The notes under the pieces are model-generated. The model worked only from the letters and a program-made list of their open reading frames with translations. It ran no database searches and was not told where the DNA came from. The position numbers and the translations under genes were made by a program. Of a stretch of 64,000 nt of DNA, positions 37,849 through 47,488 are shown one piece after another. Within the stretch, counting starts at the first letter, position 1, and each line of letters begins with the position of its first letter. Source of the DNA: an uncultured Bacteroidota bacterium (GTDB lineage: Bacteria > Bacteroidota > Bacteroidia > UBA7662 > CAMTUB01); assembly GCA_947084835.1 (NCBI GenBank), contig CAMTUB010000028.1, positions 26,227-90,226 of the forward strand. Reading direction: 5' to 3'.

Positions 37849-38873
37849 TATGCCCAAACTTTTGCACCTTCTGTGCAGTTACTACACATTTCAATTTTTG
37901 ATCGTGATTTCAACACACTTGCTCTAAAAGCGTTGTATTCTTGATTTTTCCAGATGGTTTTGAATGGGTCTTGCATTACATTTCCCATTGTGTATTGTCC
38001 ATCTTTATCAAAACAACAAGGTAAAACCTTACCATCCCATGTAAAAACGCAGGAATGCCAAAGTTTCCAACAACTATTTTCGAGTTTGTGGATTAGGCTC
38101 CACTTTCCATCGCCTTTTTGATAATAACGCGAATATTTACGATTTGTTGGAATGAGGTCATTTCCATTTTCGTAATCGTAAACTTGCGCGGTTTTCAGTT
38201 TTACTTCATCCACCCCAATTCTTTTTGCCAATTCAAATACCTCAGGTATTTGATGCTCGTTGGGTTTTACTACTAAAAACTGAAAAATAATATGTGGCGT
38301 GCTGCTTTTTAACGCTTTTTTCCATTTAACTACGTTTTCTGCTCCAGAAATTACTTTATCTAAATTTCCACCTTTGCGATACTGAGTGTACACTTCTTGC
38401 GAGGTGCCATCAATTGAAATAATTAGCCTATCAAGTCCTGATTCTACTGTTGCCTTTGCAACTTCATCGGTTAAATAATGTCCGTTTGTGCTCGTAGCAG
38501 TATAAATTTTTGCTGCTTTTGCTTTTTTAACCCAGGTTAAAAGTTCCCGATTAAGGTACGGCTCTCCCTGAAAGTAGAAAATCATATAGGATAAATACGA
38601 CTTTAAATCGTTTAAAACCTTATCAAAGGTATCGGATTGCAGCATTCCAGTTGGTCGGGTAAACGACCTCAACCCGCTAGGGCATTCAGGGCAACGTAAA
38701 TTGCAGCTGGTAGTTGGCTCAACCGATACACTTATCGGAAATCCCCATTGAAAATTTTTACCGCTCCATTTGCTTATATAATAGCTTCCAAGTACTAAAA
38801 AAGCATTCCATACGCGTTTTATGGATTGATTTCGAACGAAGTTTAGGCTATCAGAAAAGCGTGCATTTAGCAT
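37848..38873 (-). CDS. radical SAM / SPASM-domain protein with N-terminal membrane anchor
   Basis: CX3CX2C cluster (EPTTSCNLRCPECPSG). C-terminal Cys-rich SPASM-like region (CWKLWHSCVFTWDGKVLPCCFD ... CSNC). Hydrophobic VWNAFLVLGSYYI near the N-terminus. Confidence 0.75.
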   Translation of the reverse strand: MLNARFSDSLNFVRNQSIKRVWNAFLVLGSYYISKWSGKNFQWGFPISVSVEPTTSCNLRCPECPSGLRSFTRPTGMLQSDTFDKVLNDLKSYLSYMIFYFQGEPYLNRELLTWVKKAKAAKIYTATSTNGHYLTDEVAKATVESGLDRLIISIDGTSQEVYTQYRKGGNLDKVISGAENVVKWKKALKSSTPHIIFQFLVVKPNEHQIPEVFELAKRIGVDEVKLKTAQVYDYENGNDLIPTNRKYSRYYQKGDGKWSLIHKLENSCWKLWHSCVFTWDGKVLPCCFDKDGQYTMGNVMQDPFKTIWKNQEYNAFRASVLKSRSKIEMCSNCTEGAKVWA

Positions 38874-38953
38874 ACCACAAATATACTTGCATAAAGTGGT
38901 GTTTTTTATGAACGCAACCCTCTAAAACTGAAACAAATTCATTCTTATCTAAA

Positions 38954-38961
38954 TATCTTTG
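38954..38961 (+). promoter_or_regulatory. candidate -7 promoter box (TAtcTTTG) for the SGNH-SGNH-MBOAT operon
   Basis: Exact TAnnTTTG match, 17 nt upstream of the GTG at 38979. Confidence 0.45.
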
Positions 38962-38978
38962 CAGCGTTTTTAGGAAAG

Positions 38979-40418
38979 GTGGAGTTTAAAGGTTCAGTTT
39001 TTAAAGTTGTAGCGCTTGTTGGGTTAACTGTGTTTTTTTTACATGCCACAACGTATATTAACGAATCGGTATTTGTTGGCTTTCAGGCTAAACCAATGCG
39101 CCTTTTGGCAGATATTACCTCTAAGAAAACAACTATCGCAACCCAAAAAGTTGTAAACGGGGAAGTTGAAACTGTTTTTGAACCTGTGGTTTCTGCTGAC
39201 TCTTTAACGCATTTACAGGATTCATTGCAACTTGCTGTTGTTTCTGAAGATGAAAAGTTTATTACTTCTTCTAAAAAAGACTCCACTTTTTATTTAAAAG
39301 CATTCTTCGAAGCTTTAAATCAAGCGCAAACAAAACCTGTTCGCATAGCCTATTTTGGCGATTCGATGATTGAAGGCGATTTATTAACTTCTGATTTACG
39401 CAACTTATTGCAACAAAAATTTGGTGGCAATGGCGTTGGATTTGTTCCGATTACCTCGCTTACAGCTGCCTTTCGTAAATCTATCATGCATACGTTTTCT
39501 GGTAATTGGATATCCTTTTCGTTTACTGATAAATTCAAAAACGGCAACCCAATTCCGCTTTCAGGCTTTGCTTTCAACGCGGGTTACGCGCCATTCTCGG
39601 ATACTATTTCGCGAAATATCGATACGCTAAAATTGCCTTCCGTTTTCTATTCTGTAACTCGTGGCCCGATTGAAAAGGCGTATGTTTTAAACGGCAGAAG
39701 TAGCTCAAAACATAATTCATTATTAATTCATAACGGCTCAAACACGATATCAACATTTTTAAAATCAGAACGTTGGTTTAACAGAACTACAGTTAACGTT
39801 TCGGGTTATAAAACAATCAAAGCTTCATTTGCATTAACAGATTCTATTCCGCTTTACGGTTTCAGTTTTGAAAGCGACAAAGGCGTGATTTTAGATAATT
39901 TTTCGTTTCGTGGAAGTAATGGTATAAATCTGCTGCAGGTTTCTTCGGGCATTTTGCGCGATATCCAACAACAAACTCCCTACGATTTAATTGTTTTGCA
40001 TTACGGCAACAATGTGGCAAACGAAACCATGGCAAATTACAGTTGGTACAGCAGTGGCTTGCGTAAAGTGTTGTATCGGTTAAAAAAAGAATTTCCCAAT
40101 GCTTCGTTTTTAATCGTTGGCGCTAGCGATAAAGCCTATAAAAATCCCGATGGAGTTATGGCTACTAACCCAGGAGTTCCGTTTTTGGTAGAAACCCAGC
40201 GCAAATTGGCAAACGAATTTGGATGCGCTTTTTGGAATTTATACCAAGATATGGGCGGATACAACAGCATGCTTGGATGGGTTGATGGCCAAACCGTATT
40301 TGCAAATAAAGATTATACGCACCTAAACGGAGCAGGAGCAAAACGTATGGCAAACATGCTGTATAATCGTTTAATGGAAAATTACGCTAAAAACACCCCA
40401 TCGAATGAAAGTTTGTAA
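38979..40418 (+). CDS. SGNH/GDSL-hydrolase family protein (membrane-anchored)
   Basis: Block I IAYFGDSMIEGD, block III HYGNNV, block V DYTHLNGAG (D-x-x-H). N-terminal TM helix. GTG start. Confidence 0.7.
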   Translation: MEFKGSVFKVVALVGLTVFFLHATTYINESVFVGFQAKPMRLLADITSKKTTIATQKVVNGEVETVFEPVVSADSLTHLQDSLQLAVVSEDEKFITSSKKDSTFYLKAFFEALNQAQTKPVRIAYFGDSMIEGDLLTSDLRNLLQQKFGGNGVGFVPITSLTAAFRKSIMHTFSGNWISFSFTDKFKNGNPIPLSGFAFNAGYAPFSDTISRNIDTLKLPSVFYSVTRGPIEKAYVLNGRSSSKHNSLLIHNGSNTISTFLKSERWFNRTTVNVSGYKTIKASFALTDSIPLYGFSFESDKGVILDNFSFRGSNGINLLQVSSGILRDIQQQTPYDLIVLHYGNNVANETMANYSWYSSGLRKVLYRLKKEFPNASFLIVGASDKAYKNPDGVMATNPGVPFLVETQRKLANEFGCAFWNLYQDMGGYNSMLGWVDGQTVFANKDYTHLNGAGAKRMANMLYNRLMENYAKNTPSNESL

Positions 40419-41604
40419 ACTGCTTTTTTGCTTGATGTTTCCATTTACGGTTTTCGGTCAACTTACGTTGCCTGAAATACCTACTTGGATAGATTCTTCT
40501 AAAAACGCATTCATAAACGACAGTCTTTTGCATCCTTTTTTCGACCAATTAATAGCGCTTCAACAAGGCAAACCCAACAAAGTAAACATTACGCATATTG
40601 GCGATTCGCACATTCAGGCCGATTTAATTTCGGGTACCATTCGTCAGAATTTGCAACTCGTATTTGGAAATGGTGGCAGAGGTTTTGTTTTTCCGTACAA
40701 AGCAGCTGGCTCTAACGAGCCTTACGGCTACCGCTCAAAACCTAGCGGAGAGTGGAAAGGCGCTCGATTTGTTACCAACAATATGTTCGATTTTGGCATG
40801 TCGGGATTTGTTCTGAACACATCCGATGGCAACGCAAGTCTTACCATACAAGCTTTCGATTACGAATCGTTGAATTATCGATTTACAAACGGTTTGATTT
40901 TTTACAAATCGAACGCAGGCATGTATATCGAAAACTTAAAAGGCGATTTACTAGATATCATTTTACCAAACGAAGAACCAACCATAAAACCTTTTGACTT
41001 TGATACGCTTTGCGGTGGCTTTAACTTGAAAATCAAAAAACCAGAAAACGAAGCAACAGACGTTAGCCTTTATGGCTTCCAGTTACTAAACGATAATCCG
41101 GGTTTGGTGTATAATATGTTGGGAGTTAATGGTGCAGAATTTAGGCATTATGCCAATTCTAAGTTTTTTGAAGCTCAATTTAAACCTCTGCAAAGCGATT
41201 TGGTAATTCTCTCGCTTGGCACAAACGATGTTTACACTTCTAATTTCAACGAAGAAACGGTAAGTGCTTATATTGATACGTTGGTTGCTAAAATCAGGCG
41301 CGTGAATCCAAAAGCCGTAATATTATTGTCTAGCCCAGGCGACCATTATCGCTTAAAACATCCAAATCCAAATCTGCCACAACTTGCCACACTTTTGCAT
41401 CAAAAATGCATTCAAAACGGATTAGTTTATTGGGATTATTTTCACCTTATGGGTGGTTCTGGATCAAGCAAACATTTGCTCGCCAAGGGCTTGTATAGCT
41501 CCGATAAAATCCACCTCAGCAGAGCCGGCTATTTGCTAAAAGGAAATCTTTTTACCTCAGCAGTTTTAACCTCTTACCTGCGTTATAGCCATGAAAAATA
41601 TTGA
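40405..41604 (+). CDS. SGNH/GDSL-hydrolase family protein (secreted)
   Basis: Signal peptide. Block I ITHIGDSHIQAD, block III LGTNDV, block V DKIHLSRAGY. 14-nt overlaps with both neighbours. Confidence 0.7.
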   Translation: MKVCKLLFCLMFPFTVFGQLTLPEIPTWIDSSKNAFINDSLLHPFFDQLIALQQGKPNKVNITHIGDSHIQADLISGTIRQNLQLVFGNGGRGFVFPYKAAGSNEPYGYRSKPSGEWKGARFVTNNMFDFGMSGFVLNTSDGNASLTIQAFDYESLNYRFTNGLIFYKSNAGMYIENLKGDLLDIILPNEEPTIKPFDFDTLCGGFNLKIKKPENEATDVSLYGFQLLNDNPGLVYNMLGVNGAEFRHYANSKFFEAQFKPLQSDLVILSLGTNDVYTSNFNEETVSAYIDTLVAKIRRVNPKAVILLSSPGDHYRLKHPNPNLPQLATLLHQKCIQNGLVYWDYFHLMGGSGSSKHLLAKGLYSSDKIHLSRAGYLLKGNLFTSAVLTSYLRYSHEKY

Positions 41605-43060
41605 TTTTCAGAAACTAGTAGAGGTTTTGCAGTACCAAAAACAAGCGCCTTTATTGTTCAATAGCGGCTTGTTTTTGTTTTTATTTTTAGGCTTTACCTT
41701 GGTATATTCCTTTTTACAGCATCGAAAAAACGCACGCATTTGGTTTACCGTTTTTTTCTCGCTTTACTTTTATTACAAATCGAGCGGTTGGTATTTGGTG
41801 CTCATGCTATTATGCGCGCTTTTAAATTTTGTTGCTGGCATAAGCATCGATAAAGAATTGCGGCCGTTGGTACGCAAATACAAAATGATTGGAATGGTGG
41901 TTATCAATCTTGGAATATTGGCTTACTACAAATATTTCAATTTTTTTATTGAAACTGCGAACCAAGCGTTGGGCTATAATTTTTCGTTTACAACCATATT
42001 TCTCCCTTTAGGGATTTCGTTTTTTACGTTTGAATTGATTTGCTACGTGGTTGATATTTACCAAAAAAAGGTAAAAGCAGAACCACGAATAGGCAATTTC
42101 TTGTTTTATGTATCGTTTTTTCCGCATTTGGTAGCTGGACCGATTATGCGTCCCAAAGAGCTGTTGCCACAAATTGCTGGCGATGTTTCTGTATCTAAAT
42201 CAGACGTTGGAAAAGGCATTTACTTAATTGTTTTAGGTTTGATAAAAAAAGCCATAATCAGCGATTATATCAGCACCAACTTTGTCGATCGGGTTTTCGA
42301 TAACCCAACGCTTTACTCAGGAACCGAAAACCTACTTGCAGTTTATGGCTACACCGTGCAAATTTTTTGCGATTTCAGTGGGTATTCCGATATGGCCATT
42401 GGCATTGCATTTTTGCTTGGTTTTTCGTTGCCCGAAAACTTTAATTCTCCGTATTTAAGCAGCAGCGTAACCGATTTTTGGCGCAGATGGCACATCACAC
42501 TTAGCCATTGGCTCCGCGATTATTTGTACATTCCGATGGGTGGAAACAAAGGAAATGCGCTAAAAACAAACTACAATTTACTTATGACCATGCTTTTAGG
42601 CGGACTTTGGCATGGCGCATCGTGGAAGTTTGTCTTTTGGGGATTTGTTCACGGCAGCTTCTTGGTTATCGAAAAAAATGTTACCCAATTTTTCAATATT
42701 CCTAAAAATTCAATAACCTCCTTTTTAGGCTGGATTTATACTTTTCATGTGGTAGCTTTTTGCTGGATATTTTTTAGAGCAGCCGATTTTAGCCTAGCCA
42801 TGCAGGTAATACAGCAAATTACCACGGGTTTAAACATCGACTTATTTCGACAAATTATTGCAGGCTACGAAGCTGTTTTTGTTCTGTTATCGTTAGGATT
42901 AATAATTGGGTTTATCCCCAAAAAATGGCATATGAAGGGCGAATCCTTCTCTGGAAAGCTGCCGTTAATAGTTCAAGCATTGCTTTTAGCGCTTACCATT
43001 TTAGCCGTAAATAGCATCCGCTCAGCTGATGTGCAGCCTTTTATTTATTTTCAGTTTTAA
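41591..43060 (+). CDS. MBOAT-family O-acyltransferase (AlgI/PatA/DltB-like)
   Basis: Multi-pass membrane protein with FWRRWHITLSHWLRDYLYIPMGGNKG and GLWHGASW, the MBOAT catalytic His regions. Confidence 0.85.
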   Translation: MKNIDFQKLVEVLQYQKQAPLLFNSGLFLFLFLGFTLVYSFLQHRKNARIWFTVFFSLYFYYKSSGWYLVLMLLCALLNFVAGISIDKELRPLVRKYKMIGMVVINLGILAYYKYFNFFIETANQALGYNFSFTTIFLPLGISFFTFELICYVVDIYQKKVKAEPRIGNFLFYVSFFPHLVAGPIMRPKELLPQIAGDVSVSKSDVGKGIYLIVLGLIKKAIISDYISTNFVDRVFDNPTLYSGTENLLAVYGYTVQIFCDFSGYSDMAIGIAFLLGFSLPENFNSPYLSSSVTDFWRRWHITLSHWLRDYLYIPMGGNKGNALKTNYNLLMTMLLGGLWHGASWKFVFWGFVHGSFLVIEKNVTQFFNIPKNSITSFLGWIYTFHVVAFCWIFFRAADFSLAMQVIQQITTGLNIDLFRQIIAGYEAVFVLLSLGLIIGFIPKKWHMKGESFSGKLPLIVQALLLALTILAVNSIRSADVQPFIYFQF

Positions 43061-43139
43061 GCTGTTGTATTTATATTAGTTGTGTAAATAACCCTCTTGC
43101 CAAAAGCAATCTTTAAATACTCTTAATACAAACATCGAG

Positions 43140-43670
43140 ATGATTAACCTTCTTAAAATATTCACGGCAGCAGTTGTTTTAACCCAATGCACCAATCCCA
43201 ATAAAATGGAAGAACAAAATAAAGACACCGCAAAAACTACCTCAACGCATGATACAACACCGAAAGTAACAGGAGTTGGGGGTATTTTCTTTTTCTCAGA
43301 TAATCCGAAAGAATCTAGAGAATGGTATCATAAAAATTTAGGTATTGAGATAAATGAGTACGGTTCGAGTTTTGAATTTAGAAACGCCAACCGACCAGAG
43401 GAAATCAATTACCTGCAATGGAGTCCTTTTAAAAAGGGAAGCGAATATTTTGCTCCATCCAAAAAAGAATTTATGATTAACTATCGTGTTCAAAACATCG
43501 AAGGCCTAGTTAAAAAACTAAAAGATAGTGGAGTTACTGTATTAGATGAAATTGAAGCTTTTGAATACGGCAAATTTGTGCATATCATGGATGCTGAGGG
43601 CAATAAAATTGAACTTTGGGAACCAGTAGACAAGGTTTTTACAGATATGGGTGGTAATACCACTAAATAA
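43140..43670 (+). CDS. VOC/glyoxalase-fold lipoprotein
   Basis: Lipobox VLTQC. GVGGIFFFSDNPKESREWYHKNLGI and HIMDAEGNKIELWEP. Confidence 0.6.
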   Translation: MINLLKIFTAAVVLTQCTNPNKMEEQNKDTAKTTSTHDTTPKVTGVGGIFFFSDNPKESREWYHKNLGIEINEYGSSFEFRNANRPEEINYLQWSPFKKGSEYFAPSKKEFMINYRVQNIEGLVKKLKDSGVTVLDEIEAFEYGKFVHIMDAEGNKIELWEPVDKVFTDMGGNTTK

Positions 43671-43720
43671 TTTTAGTAAATCACAACAAATAAAGGTTGA
43701 GCTTTTAAACATCAACCTTT

Positions 43721-43756
43721 ATAAAAAACTAACCTTTTTGTAATCAACCAAAGGTT
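43721..43756 (-). terminator. probable rho-independent terminator after the methyltransferase gene
   Basis: Minus strand: AACCTTTggttgattacaAAAGGTT followed by agtttttt. 7-bp stem, 10 nt after the stop at 43767. A second AT-rich hairpin (43692-43720, aaaggttga/tcaaccttt) follows the convergent VOC gene. Confidence 0.45.
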
Positions 43757-43766
43757 ATTTAAGTTT

Positions 43767-44393
43767 TTATTTCTTTTGAAATAGCATGGCTATTATACGC
43801 GGAACGGTTGTTTTGTCATCGTCATCAAAATACTCATTCAGGTTTATAAGTTTAAACCCAAATTTGTTGGCTGCATGTATAAAATCAGATGTGTGATGCG
43901 TAAAACACGTTACGATTTGCATACCATCGCCAGTTTCGAACCGAGCTTTTGTGCCCCCATATTGCTTAAACGGATGCAATTCTCCAACATACATAAAGCC
44001 ATTTTCTGCTATTGAATTCACGGCTTTTTCAAAAATCAACTCTAGATTTTCGATATGTTCTAAAACCAAGCTAAATACTATTAAGTTGGCTGGGTTTTGA
44101 ACAAAATGCCAATCGTTTTGCAGATTAGCTTGGATAAAGGTTACGTTTGGCTTAGTAATTTTCTGTTGCGCAATAGCAAGCATTTCTAAAGAAAAATCAA
44201 TAGAAATCAGTTTGTCAGATATTTCAGATAGAAAATTGGTGTTTTTACCCGTTCCACAACCTAACTCCAAACATAAATTGATACTTAAGCCTTCTACCAA
44301 TTTTTTTAAGGCAACCGCTTCTAAATCGCGCGTTCGATTATCGTTGGTATCGTATTGCTCCGACCATTGTGCGTAGGCTTCTTTAACATTCAT
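43767..44393 (-). CDS. class I SAM-dependent methyltransferase
   Basis: Motif I CLELGCGTGKNTNFL and post-I ISIDFS. Confidence 0.75.
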   Translation of the reverse strand: MNVKEAYAQWSEQYDTNDNRTRDLEAVALKKLVEGLSINLCLELGCGTGKNTNFLSEISDKLISIDFSLEMLAIAQQKITKPNVTFIQANLQNDWHFVQNPANLIVFSLVLEHIENLELIFEKAVNSIAENGFMYVGELHPFKQYGGTKARFETGDGMQIVTCFTHHTSDFIHAANKFGFKLINLNEYFDDDDKTTVPRIIAMLFQKK

Positions 44394-44403
44394 GGTTTAA
44401 ATA

Positions 44404-44436
44404 TAAAAAAATAAAGGCTGCCAATTGGCAGCCTTT
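44404..44436 (-). terminator. rho-independent terminator after the outer-membrane receptor gene
   Basis: AAAGGCTGCCaattGGCAGCCTTT: a 10-bp perfect stem flanked by A and T runs, immediately downstream of the stop at 44441. Confidence 0.8.
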
Positions 44437-44440
44437 ATTT

Positions 44441-47305
44441 TTAATGATTCATATACTTCATCATCATTTCTTGTGGCGATGGTGCCGGTGGTGCTTTGAA
44501 CTTACGTAAGGTGTACGTTAACGTAAGCATATAATAACGGGTTAATACGTTGGTGCGGGTATCCTCAACATACGTTTCGGTAATGTTTCTGCTCACGCTG
44601 TTGTTTTGCCCTAACATATCAAACACACTTGCTTTAACCTCTAACGATTGGGTTTTTAGCATTTTGTAGGCAATAGAGTTATTCCATAACCAAAACGACT
44701 GGTTAAAACCTGTTCCTAAACCGGTGTACAAGGTCTGGGTCATGTTGGTGTTTAACACCCAACGCTTTTTATAAACGTAATTCAACTTAAAATTGGTGTT
44801 ATGGAAAAAGTAATTATTGTTAGCTCCAACCTGTAAACTGTTTTTTACAATAGCGTAATTTCCATTATAGGTAATGCTAAAATCTAGATCGGTGCTAATG
44901 TTGCTATTTACAGCTGCTCCACCAGTAATGGTGTAATTGTCGGATGTATTTTTGATGTTGTTTACTAGACCCGGAGTGCTGGTCCAAGAAAATCCTCCGT
45001 TAAGGTTAACAGTACTTTTTATTGCACGCATTCCAAATCCATACGTTAAATACGAACGAATGCTTTTGTTGCCTTCTAAGTTAGTAGGGCGGGTTAATTG
45101 TTGTCCTCGTTTAACAAAAACAGAACCTATTGTGGTATCGCTAGTAGGTATAAGCGTAGAGTTGGCAATGTAATTGTTGGTTATGGAAGCCATCAACATC
45201 CCAAAAAACAATTTACCTGTAGAAATGTTTGTTGAAGAATAACGTGCGTTTACATTATGCGAATATTCTTGCTTCAAAGTAGTGTCGCCAATGCTTAACA
45301 AAAGTGGATTGGTGTTATTCAAAATAGGCTGCAACTGCGTTATCGATGGAGCATTTGTACTTGTACGGTAGTTCACACGCAAGTTTTTTGTTGCAGTTTG
45401 TTTCCAATTTAATTGTAAAGAAGGCAACACATTTAAAAACTCGCGCTTTACAGTAAAGTCAATTGGAGAAGTTTGAATACCAGATAAATAGGCTTTTTGT
45501 ACATCAGCACCAATACTTAGGTTAACTTTGTTTTTTGAATATTTCCAAGCTGCTCCTGGCCTAAGCGTGTGGTAAGCAAAATCTAACTTACTTGTTAACA
45601 GATTATTTAACGATGAATATAAACGGGTAACCGTATCTATATCGTAGGTATGCTTATCGTTTAAATTTTGGTTTACAGAGCTTGTGTGGCTTATTTGCAA
45701 TTGAGTGTATTGCGTAAGTGGCTCTGTATAATTCATTGTACCGCTAAAAGTGTTTCCAATTACGGTTTGATCTGAAATCTGATCTAGAATCTGATTTACA
45801 GCTACACTGTCTTTCCTGTTTATGAAATTATTTAGCGAATAAAAATCAGCTGTTGTTTCTCGATTACTGCTATTTACACTGGCATTTAAAGAAACTGTTC
45901 TTCCTTTTTTTGCATACTTATGTTGGAAAAGTAAGTTCGCTCCACCATTAAATCCTGAATTATCGTTGCCATTTTTATTAAATGTGTTACTTAATGGCAC
46001 ATCGGTAGGCACAACATTTAATCCATTAGTATTTGAAAAAGCAGTATTGGTTTGGTAACTGTATCTGGGTGTAAAAACTAGGGAGTTTACCGAATCTATA
46101 GTCCATTCGAAACGCGCATTAAACCGATGGTTAATGTTATTATTATTCAACGATTTAGATTCGTTATACTTCATTCCCGATTGGGATTGAGCAATAAAAA
46201 GGCGTTCTAAATCTGTTATATTGGTATTATCTGAAGCATTTAAAAAGTAACTTGCGTTCACCTTTAATTGGGTTGACAGCACATCAGTATAGTTTATGCC
46301 GATAGAGTTGGTTGTTGAAACACCAGCTTGTTGACCCGCTAACAAATTTGAAAAATCAGGGATTCCACCTCCTGCACCGCCACCGCCACCGCCTTGACCA
46401 CGGCCACCGCCTCCCATTCCCATTCCCATCATGCGCATGTTGCCTGAAACGCCTAAAATATCTTGAATGCTAAAATTTTGTTGATTGATATTGTTACTCA
46501 ACCCTAAAAGTGTAATTCTGCGGTCTTTATTAAAAAAGTTAAGATTTCCGCCAGCATTAAAACGACCCTGATCGCCTACACCGCCAAAGTACTTTCCAAA
46601 AACACCGTTATTTTTTCCACCTTTAGTAATGATGTTCATGGTTTTTTGAGAATTGCCATCGTCAAAACCAGTAAACATTGATTGGTCGCTTGCACGGTCA
46701 TACACTTGAATTTTATCAACGATTTCGGCAGGTAAATTCTTTAAAGCTACACTCGGGTCATCACCAAAAAAAGGCTTACCATCTACTAAAACCCTTTTAA
46801 CGGTTTCGCCATGCGCCTTAATTTGACCATTTTCCATAGTTACACCAGGCATTTTGGTCACTAAATCTTCTGTTGATGCGTCTTTGTTTACTTTATATGC
46901 ATCTGCATTGTAATTCGTGGTGTCCCCTTTTTGTTCGGCACCAATTATTTTACCTTCGATATTTACAGCCTTAAGATTAATATTGATTACCGATACCGAG
47001 ATTTTACCCAAAGAAACATCTTTATTTTCTACAAATACAGGACGTTGATCAACAGAAAAAGTTAAATGACGGCCTGTCATTTTATACATTCCAGTTTTTA
47101 ATCCTGAAATTTCAAAGGTTCCATCGGGTTTTGAATTTTCAATAAATTTTTGAGTAGAATCTGCTCTTGATTGTAAAATAACTGTAAAACCAGGGATAGA
47201 AACGTTTGCGCTATCTACAATTTTACCCGAAACTTTATAGGTTTGAGCATAGCTTCCGATAGAGCACAGTAAAATAATTAATAGTAATTTTAGCTTATTA
47301 TTCAC
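44441..47305 (-). CDS. TonB-dependent-receptor-like outer membrane beta-barrel protein with N-terminal carboxypeptidase-regulatory-like domain
   Basis: Signal peptide MNNKLKLLLIILLCSIGSYAQ (GTG start). CarbopepD_reg-like YKVSGKIVDS...GFTVILQ. Plug-like VTKMPGVTMENGQIKAHGETVKRVLVDGKPFFGDDP. A long beta-strand-rich C-terminal part follows. Confidence 0.75.
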   Translation of the reverse strand: MNNKLKLLLIILLCSIGSYAQTYKVSGKIVDSANVSIPGFTVILQSRADSTQKFIENSKPDGTFEISGLKTGMYKMTGRHLTFSVDQRPVFVENKDVSLGKISVSVININLKAVNIEGKIIGAEQKGDTTNYNADAYKVNKDASTEDLVTKMPGVTMENGQIKAHGETVKRVLVDGKPFFGDDPSVALKNLPAEIVDKIQVYDRASDQSMFTGFDDGNSQKTMNIITKGGKNNGVFGKYFGGVGDQGRFNAGGNLNFFNKDRRITLLGLSNNINQQNFSIQDILGVSGNMRMMGMGMGGGGRGQGGGGGGAGGGIPDFSNLLAGQQAGVSTTNSIGINYTDVLSTQLKVNASYFLNASDNTNITDLERLFIAQSQSGMKYNESKSLNNNNINHRFNARFEWTIDSVNSLVFTPRYSYQTNTAFSNTNGLNVVPTDVPLSNTFNKNGNDNSGFNGGANLLFQHKYAKKGRTVSLNASVNSSNRETTADFYSLNNFINRKDSVAVNQILDQISDQTVIGNTFSGTMNYTEPLTQYTQLQISHTSSVNQNLNDKHTYDIDTVTRLYSSLNNLLTSKLDFAYHTLRPGAAWKYSKNKVNLSIGADVQKAYLSGIQTSPIDFTVKREFLNVLPSLQLNWKQTATKNLRVNYRTSTNAPSITQLQPILNNTNPLLLSIGDTTLKQEYSHNVNARYSSTNISTGKLFFGMLMASITNNYIANSTLIPTSDTTIGSVFVKRGQQLTRPTNLEGNKSIRSYLTYGFGMRAIKSTVNLNGGFSWTSTPGLVNNIKNTSDNYTITGGAAVNSNISTDLDFSITYNGNYAIVKNSLQVGANNNYFFHNTNFKLNYVYKKRWVLNTNMTQTLYTGLGTGFNQSFWLWNNSIAYKMLKTQSLEVKASVFDMLGQNNSVSRNITETYVEDTRTNVLTRYYMLTLTYTLRKFKAPPAPSPQEMMMKYMNH

Positions 47306-47488
47306 CTTTGGTAATTTGGTACAAAGATTCCAAAATCTAATTAAGGTTTAATGCATTTCTTTTTATTTCCATTTTGATTACATAAACGTTAAAAATCCCT
47401 TATAAACTGCAAGTTGATTTTCTATTTTACCATCCACTTTTGATAATCAGTTCTGATTTAGCGTTCTTTGCACTCAAAATAATCTTAA

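Noticed and set aside
40752-40997. 81-aa arginine-rich ORF in an alternative frame of the second SGNH gene. The 65-aa ORF at 42508-42705 inside the MBOAT gene is similar.
   Set aside because: These are same-strand out-of-frame ORFs inside well-supported genes, with no start context. They are most likely chance open frames.
47306-47488. Riboswitch (for example cobalamin or TPP) in the 183-nt spacer upstream of the TonB-dependent-receptor-like gene.
   Set aside because: The spacer is AT-rich with no recognisable conserved riboswitch core or stable multi-stem structure. It is more simply a divergent promoter region shared with menB.
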